This document shows, in pieces, positions 1 through 10,714 of a stretch of 64,000 nucleotides of DNA. Source of the DNA: Camelus dromedarius (Eukaryota); assembly GCF_036321535.1 (NCBI RefSeq), contig NC_087453.1:26598001-26662000 (forward strand), written 5' to 3'. The notes under the pieces are model-generated. The model did no database searches, had not been told where the DNA came from, and saw only the letters and a program-made list of their open reading frames with translations. How positions within the stretch are numbered: the stretch's first letter is position 1; each line of letters begins with the position of its first letter. The position numbers and the translations under genes were made by a program.

Positions 1-2057
1 CACACAGCACATGCTAAATAAAAACCCATTAAATACAAGGAATAAAAATATTTCACTGGAATGGAAAAATTTGCTCCAACACAATCACTACCTACATAAG
101 TGTCTCCTATCTACTCTCTCATCTCCATCCAAATTACATACTCAGCCTTATCTCTTCCCTCTAATTACACCCCCTCTTGACCTGTAAATGATGGGAATAC
201 CTCGCTGACCTTTGCTGAACTGGTTTTAAGTTTCTCTCCCGTTTGCAAATCTAATGCATTGAGAGTTTTTTTTTTTTTTCCTTTTCTTTTCTCTGTAAGC
301 TCTTGGAGGGCTGTGTCAAAGTCTATTTCCTTTGAGTCATAATATTACCTAGCATGATATTAAGCCCAATAAGGATCATAAAAATTGGTTTATGATTATG
401 TGGTTATTTATTATTTATATGGTGTGGTTATATAGTGTGACTCTGAACAAAGTCACATAAAGTGAAGTACATAATATCAAGGAATGCACCTTAAAAAACC
501 TGTATTAATTTGAACCTTATGCAAAAGAGCAGAAGCACAGAGAACTAAAATAGCAAATATTTAAATGCACTTCAATATTTTGAAAAGCAAAACAAATTCT
601 TCCTCTTTTTATAAACTGTATACATAAACATCCATAACAATACTGAATCAAAACAAAATTTTAACTCGGACAGGAAGATTTTTGCATGCTGAGAAAAAGC
701 TGACTCTTAAATCTCATTCCTGAAACTAGTCTTCCATTTCAAATTGGAGAGGTCTCTGTGTTTTTTATTAAAGTTTTTAAATACTTCAGACCTATAAATA
801 ACATTTTTTTGAGATTGATTTAATCTTTTAGCTTTTACTCCCATAGCAGCGAGACTGTTCATTTGCAGTAGTCATCAGTTTTTCTCTCTTTGTCCAACAG
901 ACCTCTCTGAATTGTTCTGGGGTATTTTAGGAAGACCGGCTGTGATATGAAGTGTGCTGTCTCCTCTTCCATTTCCCTTTAGGGCAAAATGCAGTGAAAC
1001 AAAATATAATTGAATTACATAAAGGAGTTAGGCTACAACTATGTAAAACCTCCTTATATTTGTCAGACTATTGAAATGAATGAGAAACTTCAAGGGTTTA
1101 AGCAGTCCATTGGAGATGCTGGCATTCTGAATTTAAGAGTTGAATGCTTTGAAATCCTGATGTGCTAACCATTGAATGTTAACTCAAACCAGAGGCAACT
1201 ATCTAAATTGAAGCTGGGTAATTCTCAACCCTGACACTATTCTTTGAATGTTGGGTGGGAATTAATGGATGATATATTTTCCACTTCAGGGTCTATCAAT
1301 ATGAGTTTTTTTTTTTAATCAACTAATTTGTATAAAAACTGCATTGAAACTAATCTGGACTGATTACCTAGAACATAGTAGAGACAGCTCCCACTCACGT
1401 GAAACTGACCAGCTATCCCGCTGTAAGAACCGTGTTAACCCCTCTGAACATGGAAAGCTGATGCTTACGGAAAGACTATTTATTGCAGATCTGCTCTTCT
1501 GAGACTAAATTAAAACAATACCGAGCTCAAGTTAATTCCTTACACCCTCTGAGATGATATTAATGAGACGATGCTCAGGGCAGAGTCCATTTACAACAAG
1601 GCAGTTAAAGTCACTCTATTCTCAAACCGCAGAGTGAATCTCCAGACTTGGTCTTTGCAAACATTCATTTGAAACAACAAAGTGTGCAAATCCACCATGA
1701 TCAGTCTTGCCCTTGAAACGTTAAAGTCTATGACATGAAACAATAGAGTTCATACAGATTTAACAGTTTAGGTAATTTCTTTATGTGATTACTGATCAGT
1801 CAGCTGATTCCACAGGCTGGTGGTGGGGCTGTGTGTGTGCGAAACACAGAATACGGACCCTGGGGTAAAAAGAATGCCCCTTATCAATTGTGGAGGTCGC
1901 TTTCTCAGTTTAATGAGCTGTAGTAGGGGAAGAACAAGTTTTGAGGGAGGAAAGGAAGCCTTTAACAATAAACAACATTTATTTAGCTTTTACCTGCTTT
2001 CATTACTGTGCTTTATATGGCTGCATCCTCATACCCTTGTGGCTGAGGACCAGCAGA

Positions 2058-2160
2058 TGCCCCATTTTGCGGAGGAAGAAACTGGTACAATCACACGTCT
2101 GCAGAACTAGTGCGTGGCAGAGATGGGATTCAGACCCAGGCTGTCTGACTCCAGAGCCTT
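2058..2160 (-). mobile_element. MIR SINE fragment
   Basis: CCCATTTTGCGGAGGAAGAAACTG...GGGATTCAGACCCAGGCTGTCTGACTCCAGAGCC resembles the antisense MIR core. Confidence 0.7.
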
Positions 2161-4185
2161 TTCCTTAGGTAGAGGTGTTCCAGTAACAGCGACTTTATTT
2201 CCAAGCAATGGAATGTACACTGCCTTACACAAGGGCAGAAAACCCAGCTGGGGTTAACTGAAAACCAAAATAGAGCGCTGGAAAGCTGTTAGGAGCCCAA
2301 ATATCTTTCATCACATCAGGTGTCTCTCTCCAGCTCTTTCTTCTTTCTTACTTCCTTCAGTTGCTTTTCTCTGCTTTCAAATTTCCACATGGTCCAGCTC
2401 TAGCTCACCGCAGTCTACGCGTTTCTTAATTAAAATTCTCAAGAGCCAGTTGATTCAGCTCATCATTCATAAGTTACTAGACAGACAATGACATGCCTTG
2501 TTAAGACGTCCAATGTCGATCCGTAAATGAGAGGAGGCAAAAGACGCATCAGCCAGATTAGAGCAGGCAAGGACCAGGCCGAGGATGGAGACCCTGCAGG
2601 CATGCAGCCACCCTCTTCCCTTTGGGCCTTCCATCGGCTCCTGCTGCCTTGGTTCTTTGCAGCTTGGGGGTTGCCCCCATCACCTGTGTAAGGACCGAAG
2701 CCGAGGAAGGAGCTAAGTCCTCAGGGCTCGTCTGTGTACAGTGGAGGCTTGTAACATGTTACATCGCCTGGAGCTACTGTCACTTTCATTCAGTTAGTCT
2801 TGGCAAGAGAGAAGTCATGTTCTCAGTGTTGGTCCTTTACATTTGGGTGAGAAAGCTGGCCCTAGAGGGTGAGTGGGAAGTAGAAAGAAGAGCTCTTAAG
2901 CTCTTTAATGAGAGAAGAAACTTGACGTTGGGTTCATCCCTGGGGATGCTAAAGGATCCAAGTATTGCAATGAGGTCTCTTCTGCTCTTAACTCTATCCC
3001 CTGCCCCTTTCCGAGGGGATTCATGCACTTCCGTGCTAACACTACTCCTCTCCTGGGGGTCCCTCAGGAGGATTCACACTTCTTCCTTGTCCCTGCTCTT
3101 CTTCAGAGAAGCCTTTTCCAATTACCCAAAGTTCTGTTATTCTAGAATGACCATTGCCTTAAAAGCTACCGTTCACTTTTCCCAACATCATGAGAAAATC
3201 ATTCCATGTAGCCTCAGTTCCCCCAAGTACAACATTATTGTGTTACGGTTCCAAAAATCAGCCTCTGTGTCTTCATTCTGGCCTATGGTCTTGCTGGCAG
3301 AAAAATACTGGTAAACATTATAGATCTTCAACATCCTTTCTATGTAGTTGAGGAAATTATGCAGTCACTCCTTTGCCACTCTCGGTTAGCTTTCTCAAGT
3401 TGGCTTTAGAACTTGTTGGCTTGGCCTCTGAAGAATGGAGAGTTGGGAAAGTTTGACCTTGCTTACAATGAACTTTCTCGGGGCAGGACGTTTAAAGCCA
3501 GACCCCTGCTTCTCACAGCAGTCCCTTTGGGCAGCTCACAGACCAGTGGAAGCCCCAAGGTTTGCAAAGTAAAGCCAACTCTTGACCTAGCAAGATCAGA
3601 GCTAGGATCACGGCAAGCAAGTTTGGCTGCACATGCTCTCTCTAATTTCAAAGCAAAGCAGTGTGAGGAGACAGCTTGGTAGCTGTTTTATTTTCTCTAG
3701 AGTGGACTCATGTTGTCAATGGCAGAAAGCCGTGAACCACGGAGAGAAAATAATGCTAACCAGAGCGCTAAGTAAAGAAAACAAAGATGGCTGCACAATT
3801 AGCAGCATTATATATGTTAGTGGTAAGTAACAACAGATGTGTCTATGGGGAGTGAAGCATTCCTTGCAATCCATCAGAAACCAAAGCCCTCGGACACCAC
3901 AAGCCATTACAGTTTACCTTGGGCTTGGAGAGATGATGGCTGAGCCCATTGGTTTGGCAAAGTCGGGATGCTGTTGAGAATATTCCAATCTACCTGTGTC
4001 ATCCTTCCCGTGCTGCACACTTGTGCTGAGTTCACATGGAGATGTGTGCTGTAAAACCCGGTTCTGTAAAGACATGCACTGGCCATGAGTCATTAGCAAG
4101 CATGCGGAGCTAATTGGCAAAATACTCATAAAAGATTTTGAAGGTGGGTTAATTACAATTCATTACACCGTAAACTGTCCCCAGG

Positions 4186-4469
4186 NNNNNNNNNNNNNNN
4201 NNNNNNNNNNNNNNNNNNNNNNNNNNNNNNNNNNNNNNNNNNNNNNNNNNNNNNNNNNNNNNNNNNNNNNNNNNNNNNNNNNNNNNNNNNNNNNNNNNNN
4301 NNNNNNNNNNNNNNNNNNNNNNNNNNNNNNNNNNNNNNNNNNNNNNNNNNNNNNNNNNNNNNNNNNNNNNNNNNNNNNNNNNNNNNNNNNNNNNNNNNNN
4401 NNNNNNNNNNNNNNNNNNNNNNNNNNNNNNNNNNNNNNNNNNNNNNNNNNNNNNNNNNNNNNNNNNNNN
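4186..4469. other. Assembly gap (284 N)
   Basis: Run of N. Confidence 0.99.
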
Positions 4470-5066
4470 TTCATGAGAAAAATAAGTATTTTGAAATCAA
4501 CCCCAAATTTGTGATGATTGGAAACAACTAAAGGATAATGAAGTCTGTCTTCTAGAGGAAGTGTTTTAAAGAATAACCCAAGAAGCATCACTCAGAGGAA
4601 ATATATTAAAACTGTTATTCACCTCCACCTAGAAAAATGACTAGAATGCACTTTTCAGCTGGGAGATCATTTGAAGTTCACTGGCTTCCTAAGTGTTCAT
4701 CTTGTTCTCCTTGTCCCCACCTTCGAAAGTATCTTAAAAAAAAAAAAAAGACACCATTTATTTCTTAAAAAACTGTGATGCAGTTGCCTCCTGTGATTAC
4801 CACGGACTTGGTCAGAATCATGTAAGGTCTCACAAGTGGTCATTCTGTACCATTATATGTAATTGTTCGTTGATTAATGCTTTCAATTACGTCCGTTTTC
4901 ACTGTGTGACCCAAACCACCTTGACAGTGACAGGCTGCCATGCTCATTACTAGGCTTGAGCAAAGAATAAAATGCTAGGTTCACTTCCAGCTCTCAAGAG
5001 TTCAGCAGCTCATTTGAACCTTATCTGAACTGTCAAAAGTCTTGACTCTGCAAAACCCCATGTTTA

Positions 5067-5116
5067 GGGAAGGGGAGGGGGGTGTGGTGCAGCAGACTTG
5101 GGGGTGGAATGGGGGG
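5067..5116 (+). other. Potential long-loop G-quadruplex
   Basis: Five G-runs: GGG-aa-GGGG-a-GGGGGG-(17 nt)-GGGGG-tggaat-GGGGGG. Confidence 0.45.
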
Positions 5117-5614
5117 TTCGCTGTTGGAAGTTGGGCAAGAACGAGTTTCCTTCTGAGTGAGCCGGTACTTCCTGATTCTGGCTGGGCCAGAAATACCGCA
5201 AAAGTCTTTCTTGAAACTTCCAAGATCTTGGGAAGGCCTTCCTCCAGGAAGTTTGCCGCCTCTGCATGCCTGGGTTTTGGCCAGGGCCAGACACAGAAGT
5301 ATGAGGAAGAGGAAACCGTTTAATAGAAACTTACCTGGATACTTGAGAGTTGTCAAAAAAGTTTACCTCTAACAGAATCAAACCTGAATGGTTTGGAACA
5401 GGGTCAGTGATCTTAACCATTTCCATCCCTTGTAGAAAGATGGACCTAGAAGGTGACATTAAACATTCCTAGGGCAATCCACTTATTTTATAGAGGAATT
5501 CAGGATACCTCAAGGGGACTTGTGACTGAACCTACCCAGATGTGGACCAGAGTGAAGTCCAGAGAGCCCGTGGGGGAGTCAGAAGGAAGATGGAATGAAC
5601 CAAGCAGATTTCCA

Positions 5615-5700
5615 AAGACTTGAGTTCTGACTTTGCCACTAACGAGTGGTGATGAAATGACTTGGGCAAGTCATTTCCCTTCTCTGACCGTCAGTGGATT
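5615..5700 (+). mobile_element. MIR SINE fragment
   Basis: GAGTTCTGACTTTGCCACTAAC...TGACTTGGGCAAGTCATTTCCCTTCTCTGA resembles the MIR core. Confidence 0.6.
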
Positions 5701-6114
5701 ATTTCAACCACAAAGTACGACATTAACCACTTCTGTGGGATGAGAGTGCCCCAGATGGATGATTTAGACCCAGCTGGATGGTGGGGGTGTCAAATAAGGA
5801 AGAGGAATCACACCACCCAGGAAAGACTGGCAAAGGAAGAGAAAACTTTGAATGAAAACATAAGGAACCTGATGAGGAGGGTTCATTCTGCACTGGTTAA
5901 CTGGCAGATAATTATTACTACTATTTTAAAGATTGGAAAAGAAGTCAAATTGTTTGATGTAGTTTTCTAAAATGTCATAATAAATTACAGTTTAAGGAAA
6001 TTAACAAAGCAACCTAAAGAGGGGGGCAGGAGAGGAAGAAGTGTCCCAAAGAGGGAGACACTAGGACAGATTCATTTCTCAGATTGGGCTTCGTGGGACA
6101 TAAGGCAAAAAGTA

Positions 6115-6402
6115 TGGACTTTCTCAACCAGGGTGATCCGCAGTTTATCTCTTGAGAGTAAGCTTTTGTTTAAAGAAAGTTTTCTGAGGCTAAAGAGAAT
6201 CTTGCCAATCGCTGAGCTCGCAAGAAGTCAAAAAAATTAGTGGCACTTTTATGAGTTCACTTACTCTGACTCCTTAAACGATAAAATCCCGGTGCTTTGA
6301 GTGGGTGAAGTTCTGGAGGGGCTATCCATTGCAAAATACCATTGAAACTTGCAGTGTGCCCCTTCTGATTGGCAGGTTAACTCTGGCACTAGAAATCTCT
6401 GA
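6115..6402. mobile_element. Possible degenerate hAT-type (MER-class) DNA transposon
   Basis: Starts with TTTCTCAACCAGGG and ends with AGAAATCTCTG, resembling decayed hAT terminal inverted repeats; family not assigned. Confidence 0.35.
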
Positions 6403-7270
6403 GCGGGGGTCTTCAAGGGAAGAGGGACCAGCCTTCTTACAGGGGTAACACATTCCGGTGTGGGTCGTGGTTGGGGAAAGTCAAAGACCAGGATTCACTG
6501 CCCTCCCACCTGCCCTGCAGTAACACTGGCCTCCAGAGGGATCTGATTACAGTGGAGGCGTTGTGGAAAGGCCGCCATAATCAGTAGCTCAAGAGTGTAA
6601 ACACTGCGAAGGAAGGATATCCAAGGAGAGAGAAGCAACTAACAAGCGCAATGCCAAGATAGAGAATCGTGGACACTGATCAAGGCGGAACTGGGGGGCT
6701 GGCAGGGGGCAACGCTGACCCTGGAGTCTGTTAGACAATGCTTCCTGTGCTGATTTCACAATGAAAGCAGGAGACGAGGGAAACCTGTGCAGAACACCAC
6801 TCATATTAAGATGCTTCCCTTTGCCAGGCATGGAGATGACTGTTTTTAAAAGCACTGGGAGACAAGATCATCTTTTCTTCCGACAAAGGGCCTTCCCAGC
6901 TCCAGCTGTAAATCTGCTTCCTCTGTAGATTTGAAGGCATGAAGGCTTTAGCCACCACCTCAGCTGGCTCCCTGCTGGGGATGCCTCAGCTGAACAGAGC
7001 AGAGTGACCTGCCGCTTTCCGAGCCAAATGCAGAAGACAGCTGGCTCCCAACCTGTTGTCCAAGGGAGCCAAGCAGAGCAGAGCTGTCAATGGATCACCT
7101 TGGCTGGTGGGAGGGGGAGCCAGTCACCTGTCAGATGCACACTTCCCGGCGTGCCTGCTGCGACGGTCTTCCTACCACCACCACCTTCTCCCTCCGCAGA
7201 AAGCCAGCCACCAGCGCCCCCCCGAGTGCCTTGTCCAGCAAATATTTTGATCCCTAAGCAAGTTTATTTC

Positions 7271-7315
7271 TCTCTCTCTCTCTTTTTTTTTTTTTTTGGC
7301 CAAAAAAAAAAAAAA
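7271..7315. repeat. (TC)6-T15-GGCC-A14 low-complexity tract containing a 32-bp palindrome
   Basis: Read directly; T14-GGCC-A14 (7284-7315) is self-complementary. Confidence 0.95.
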
Positions 7316-7734
7316 TCCTGAAAAGAAAAGTGATAACGTCTTTATTTGCTTCTTCAGTGAGGCTGTTAAACACAGCACACCTGCTCTTTTGTTTTGTGAA
7401 GGAAGGAAGGGACCTGGTGTGGACCTGGTGTGTGAGGTGGATGTGTATATTTATCTGTCCTCTGGGTCTTGAGAAACTTGAAATTTGTAGGCAGAAGGAG
7501 TGGCCCCCTTCCATCCTCAGTCCTGAGTTAAAATATTCCCATACTGATTCCCTCCTTTCTGGGTGTGCTGGGTCCAGGCTGACCCCAGGGAGAAAGCACT
7601 GGAAAACAGACCCTGAAGCTCTGGGTGTGACTTGGAGTGGGTGTTTTGCAGGACCCGGACTGGAAAGGCTTATCAGCAGTCTGGCCTGCCTGCCTCTGGA
7701 AATGCGGCCCACCGGATTGGCCCTTCAGCTTTGG

Positions 7735-7870
7735 GACATAGGCCCTGGCTTAGGAGATCAAAAGAACTAAGTTTAAGATCAACTCTGTTGCTAGCTCATT
7801 TGAGCCTCAAGCACACCTTTTCCTTTGCTGGATTTCAGTGCTGTCATTTGTAAAATGAGATGGTTCGACA
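7735..7870 (+). mobile_element. MIR SINE fragment
   Basis: ...GGATTTCAGTGCTGTCATTTGTAAAATGAGAT resembles the MIR core. Confidence 0.55.
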
Positions 7871-8468
7871 TCACCTTCAAAATGCTATGATTTTCATGAA
7901 TTTGGCCATACTTAACTTTGTGGAGCCAGCAGCCCTGACCTGAAGCCCGTGAACCCAGCAAACCTATTTCAAGTGAGTTTCTTTCTTCACGCAGGAAACA
8001 AAAAGCACGCAGTGTGGCAAAGAGCCCAGGGAATAGGTCTTGTTTTCAGAAGAGAGGCTGGAGATGACAGTGGCGTGCATGCCGGGCACATTCCTTCCCC
8101 GGAACCACAAAAAGCCTCCATATATTTGTTGTTGCTTTTAATTGCAAACTTTTTTAACAATCTGCCCTTTAGAAATGATTGCCCCTCTCTGAGGATCAGA
8201 TCACAGCCTACTCAGTTCTCAGAGAAAATTAAATGAAGAATGCTGAGCATGGAATCTGTGATTAGGACGCCCGGCTAAGGAAGGATGATACATGTACTTT
8301 TCCAAGTGGGTCAGCCGCGGCCCCGGGTCTTCGCAACAGGGCAGCGGGTGATTCACACTGGCTTGAGAGCCTCCTTCCTAATGCTGGATTTACGGCTGGA
8401 TTTAGGGCTCAATGTTGGAGGTAAATCTGAAGGAGCAGAAAGGGGCTAGAGAGGGAATTGGCAGTCCA

Positions 8469-8792
8469 GGGAATTTCCATCAGAGCTTTGCAGAAGCAGG
8501 AATCCATCCCACCTTTGTCGATGACTGTGGTTTGCGAGGATCAAGATCAAAGGACTCACCGTGGGCAGAGCCATGACAAATGCGAGGCTCAGTCTGGTGA
8601 AACCCAGCATTAGCCCCTCTCAGGCTGCCGTCTAGACTGGGAGTGGGTGCTCGTGCCAGACCAGGCTGAGTGGGTAGCAGGGTGCTCCTTCGTGATGGGG
8701 CGGAGGAGGTATAAAAGCGCTATTGTGATCCCCACGGGGAAGTCCACAGCCAGGGCCACCCTGGCGAGGCCAACGTGGTTGTTAGCTCCAAT
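8469..8792 (+). promoter_or_regulatory. Candidate Pol II promoter/enhancer module
   Basis: kB site GGGAATTTCC 8469-8478, RUNX TGTGGTTT 8526-8533, TCF ATCAAAG near 8546, GC box GGGGCGGAG 8697-8705, TATAAAAG 8710-8717, CCAAT 8788-8792; locally raised CpG; motif evidence only. Confidence 0.4.
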
Positions 8793-9457
8793 CAGAAGAG
8801 CAGTTTTAGTGGGAAAACGGGGGACATGGAGCAGGCCTGGAGCTAAGAGGTTGACAGAGATGCGGCACGTTTGTTAGTAAAATCCTACCTCCTTGATGTG
8901 CATCTGCCCCTCACCCCCGCCCCCCATGGCCTTGGAAGGTTGCTTCAGAGCTCTGCTAATTTGCAGGCCCAAGACAACTGGAGGCATTTGAACCGACATT
9001 CACCAAGAAAAACAGCTGTTGGGATTTTTTTTGATGTTTCACGTGGTTTCTCAGAGCTTCAGCTGATGCTCTAAGACAACCCAGTTAGCTGATGAGGGGA
9101 TATTCTGGGCTCCGAATGGGCAATAGCACGTTCCACGTTGTCTGCTACATAGCACGTCAGCGCTAAGCACCGTTTATACCTTTATGTGTCCCTCAAGGAC
9201 ACTGGCATAGAAAATACACCAAAAAAGTAAATAGATACCAACGACACTTTTTAAGTTTTAGTTCATGCATCATCTCATGTGGCATTAAGATTGACCTGGC
9301 GTGGTGGGCAAGGGCCTCCTACTGCACATTTCAAGAGTGGAGCTAAAAGACTTAGCAGGAGTCAGGAAATCAAGGTTTCCGTTCTGCTTCTGGCAATAGT
9401 TCGAGTGCCATTCAAGGCAAATCTCACTTTTCTTTTCCATGAACTTGTCTGTAAACT

Positions 9458-9482
9458 GGGAGTGCTGGGAGTGGGGTGGGGG
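9458..9482 (+). other. Potential G-quadruplex
   Basis: GGG-agtgct-GGG-agt-GGGG-t-GGGGG fits G3+N1-7 x4. Confidence 0.5.
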
Positions 9483-9854
9483 CAGCAGTGCACTCACCTC
9501 CAAAATGATTATGCCCGTCATGGTGCCGTCACCAGACAGAATAATGAAAAATGATGGTTATCGATGCAAAGATTAACATGATATAATGCTAAATAAAACG
9601 TCAAACGTTAAGATTGTTGGCATACTGAGTTTACAGCTTTGCAAAACAACGTATGGGGAAAAGGAAAAGGAAACTATAAATTTCAGCTAAGGCTACAATA
9701 GGATAATTTTCATGTATTTTCATATTTTCTATAATATGATTCGCTATATCACTTCTTATACACCTAGATGTAAATGAATCTGTGAATTGAAAAAGAGAGA
9801 TCCGCCCCCTTACCGCTCCCCCGGCCAAACAATCCCCAGTCCTACAAAGGGATT

Positions 9855-9950
9855 TGCAACTTACTAAAGTCTTGAGCAAGTTATCAACCCTGAGCTTCAA
9901 TTTCCTTAACAGTAAAAGGGCTGTAAAGATCTTCCTTATAAGTATTAAGT
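9855..9950 (+). mobile_element. MIR SINE fragment
   Basis: CTTGAGCAAGTTATCAACCCTGAGCTTCAATTTCCTTAACAGTAAAA resembles the MIR core. Confidence 0.65.
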
Positions 9951-9984
9951 CTTTAGTTTGCGCCAATTACCCTGAGCCTTTTCA

Positions 9985-10150
9985 CTTGTAGTAACACATT
10001 TAATCCTCATTATAATCCAAGAAGTAGCTTTTATTATTATCCACCCTTTACAGATCAGGAAACTGAGGCACCAAGAGGTTAAACTAGGTCACTCAGTTGT
10101 GGGTGGAGGGTCTGGGAGCGAATCAGGACAGAGCAATTCCCCAGTCCATA
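9985..10150 (-). mobile_element. MIR SINE fragment
   Basis: TTATTATTATCCACCCTTTACAGATCAGGAAACTGAGGCAC...GAGGTTAA is the antisense MIR core. Confidence 0.8.
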
Positions 10151-10714
10151 GCATGACCACTGAGACAGACTGCCTCAAGGGATGGTTACAAAATTGAATC
10201 GAATTTCCTGGGAAAGCCCCTATTTCAGAGCGCTCACATCACAGGCACTGAAAAAGTCCAGTTGTTTCCCAGGCTCACACGTACATCTACTAAGATACAA
10301 AGTTGAAGACTGAACAACCGGGTGCTAAGAACATCAGTGTAAATCCATCATTTGGTTGCTAACTTCACTGGGGTTAGTCAGCTGGGGTTAGTGATTACGA
10401 AGAGGTACTTTTGGGATTCATATGGCTAAATTTAGAAATGCGTGTTTTTGTCTAAAGCGAGGTATCGTGAACGTGTTTTCATATTGTCTACTCTTCCTAG
10501 TGGTTTTCATAAACACCCGGGCTCAGAGGAAACCTGAGCCCACCATGCTCAGAAAATCTTTCAACCCTTTTCCTCCTTCAATGATCTGTCCTCCAGGACA
10601 GGGTCTGATAGCGAACAGGAGGCAGCACTACAGCTAGAGAATTGCATCCCCAAGTCTCAGTCCTTTCCTTGCATAACGTTGTTTTGTGTGGACTATTTGC
10701 GGCCCATAGAATCT

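Noticed and set aside
5033-5356. 107-aa minus-strand ORF with a signal-peptide-like N-terminus (FLFLILLCLALA)
   Set aside because: GTG/TTG-type or weak start context, no recognisable family or promoter/exon support; hydrophobicity comes from a purine-rich plus strand
7212-7230. CTCF-like AGCGCCCCCCCGAG (also CCACTAGGGGCCC near 46532)
   Set aside because: Mismatches at core positions; no convincing CTCF site seen in the window
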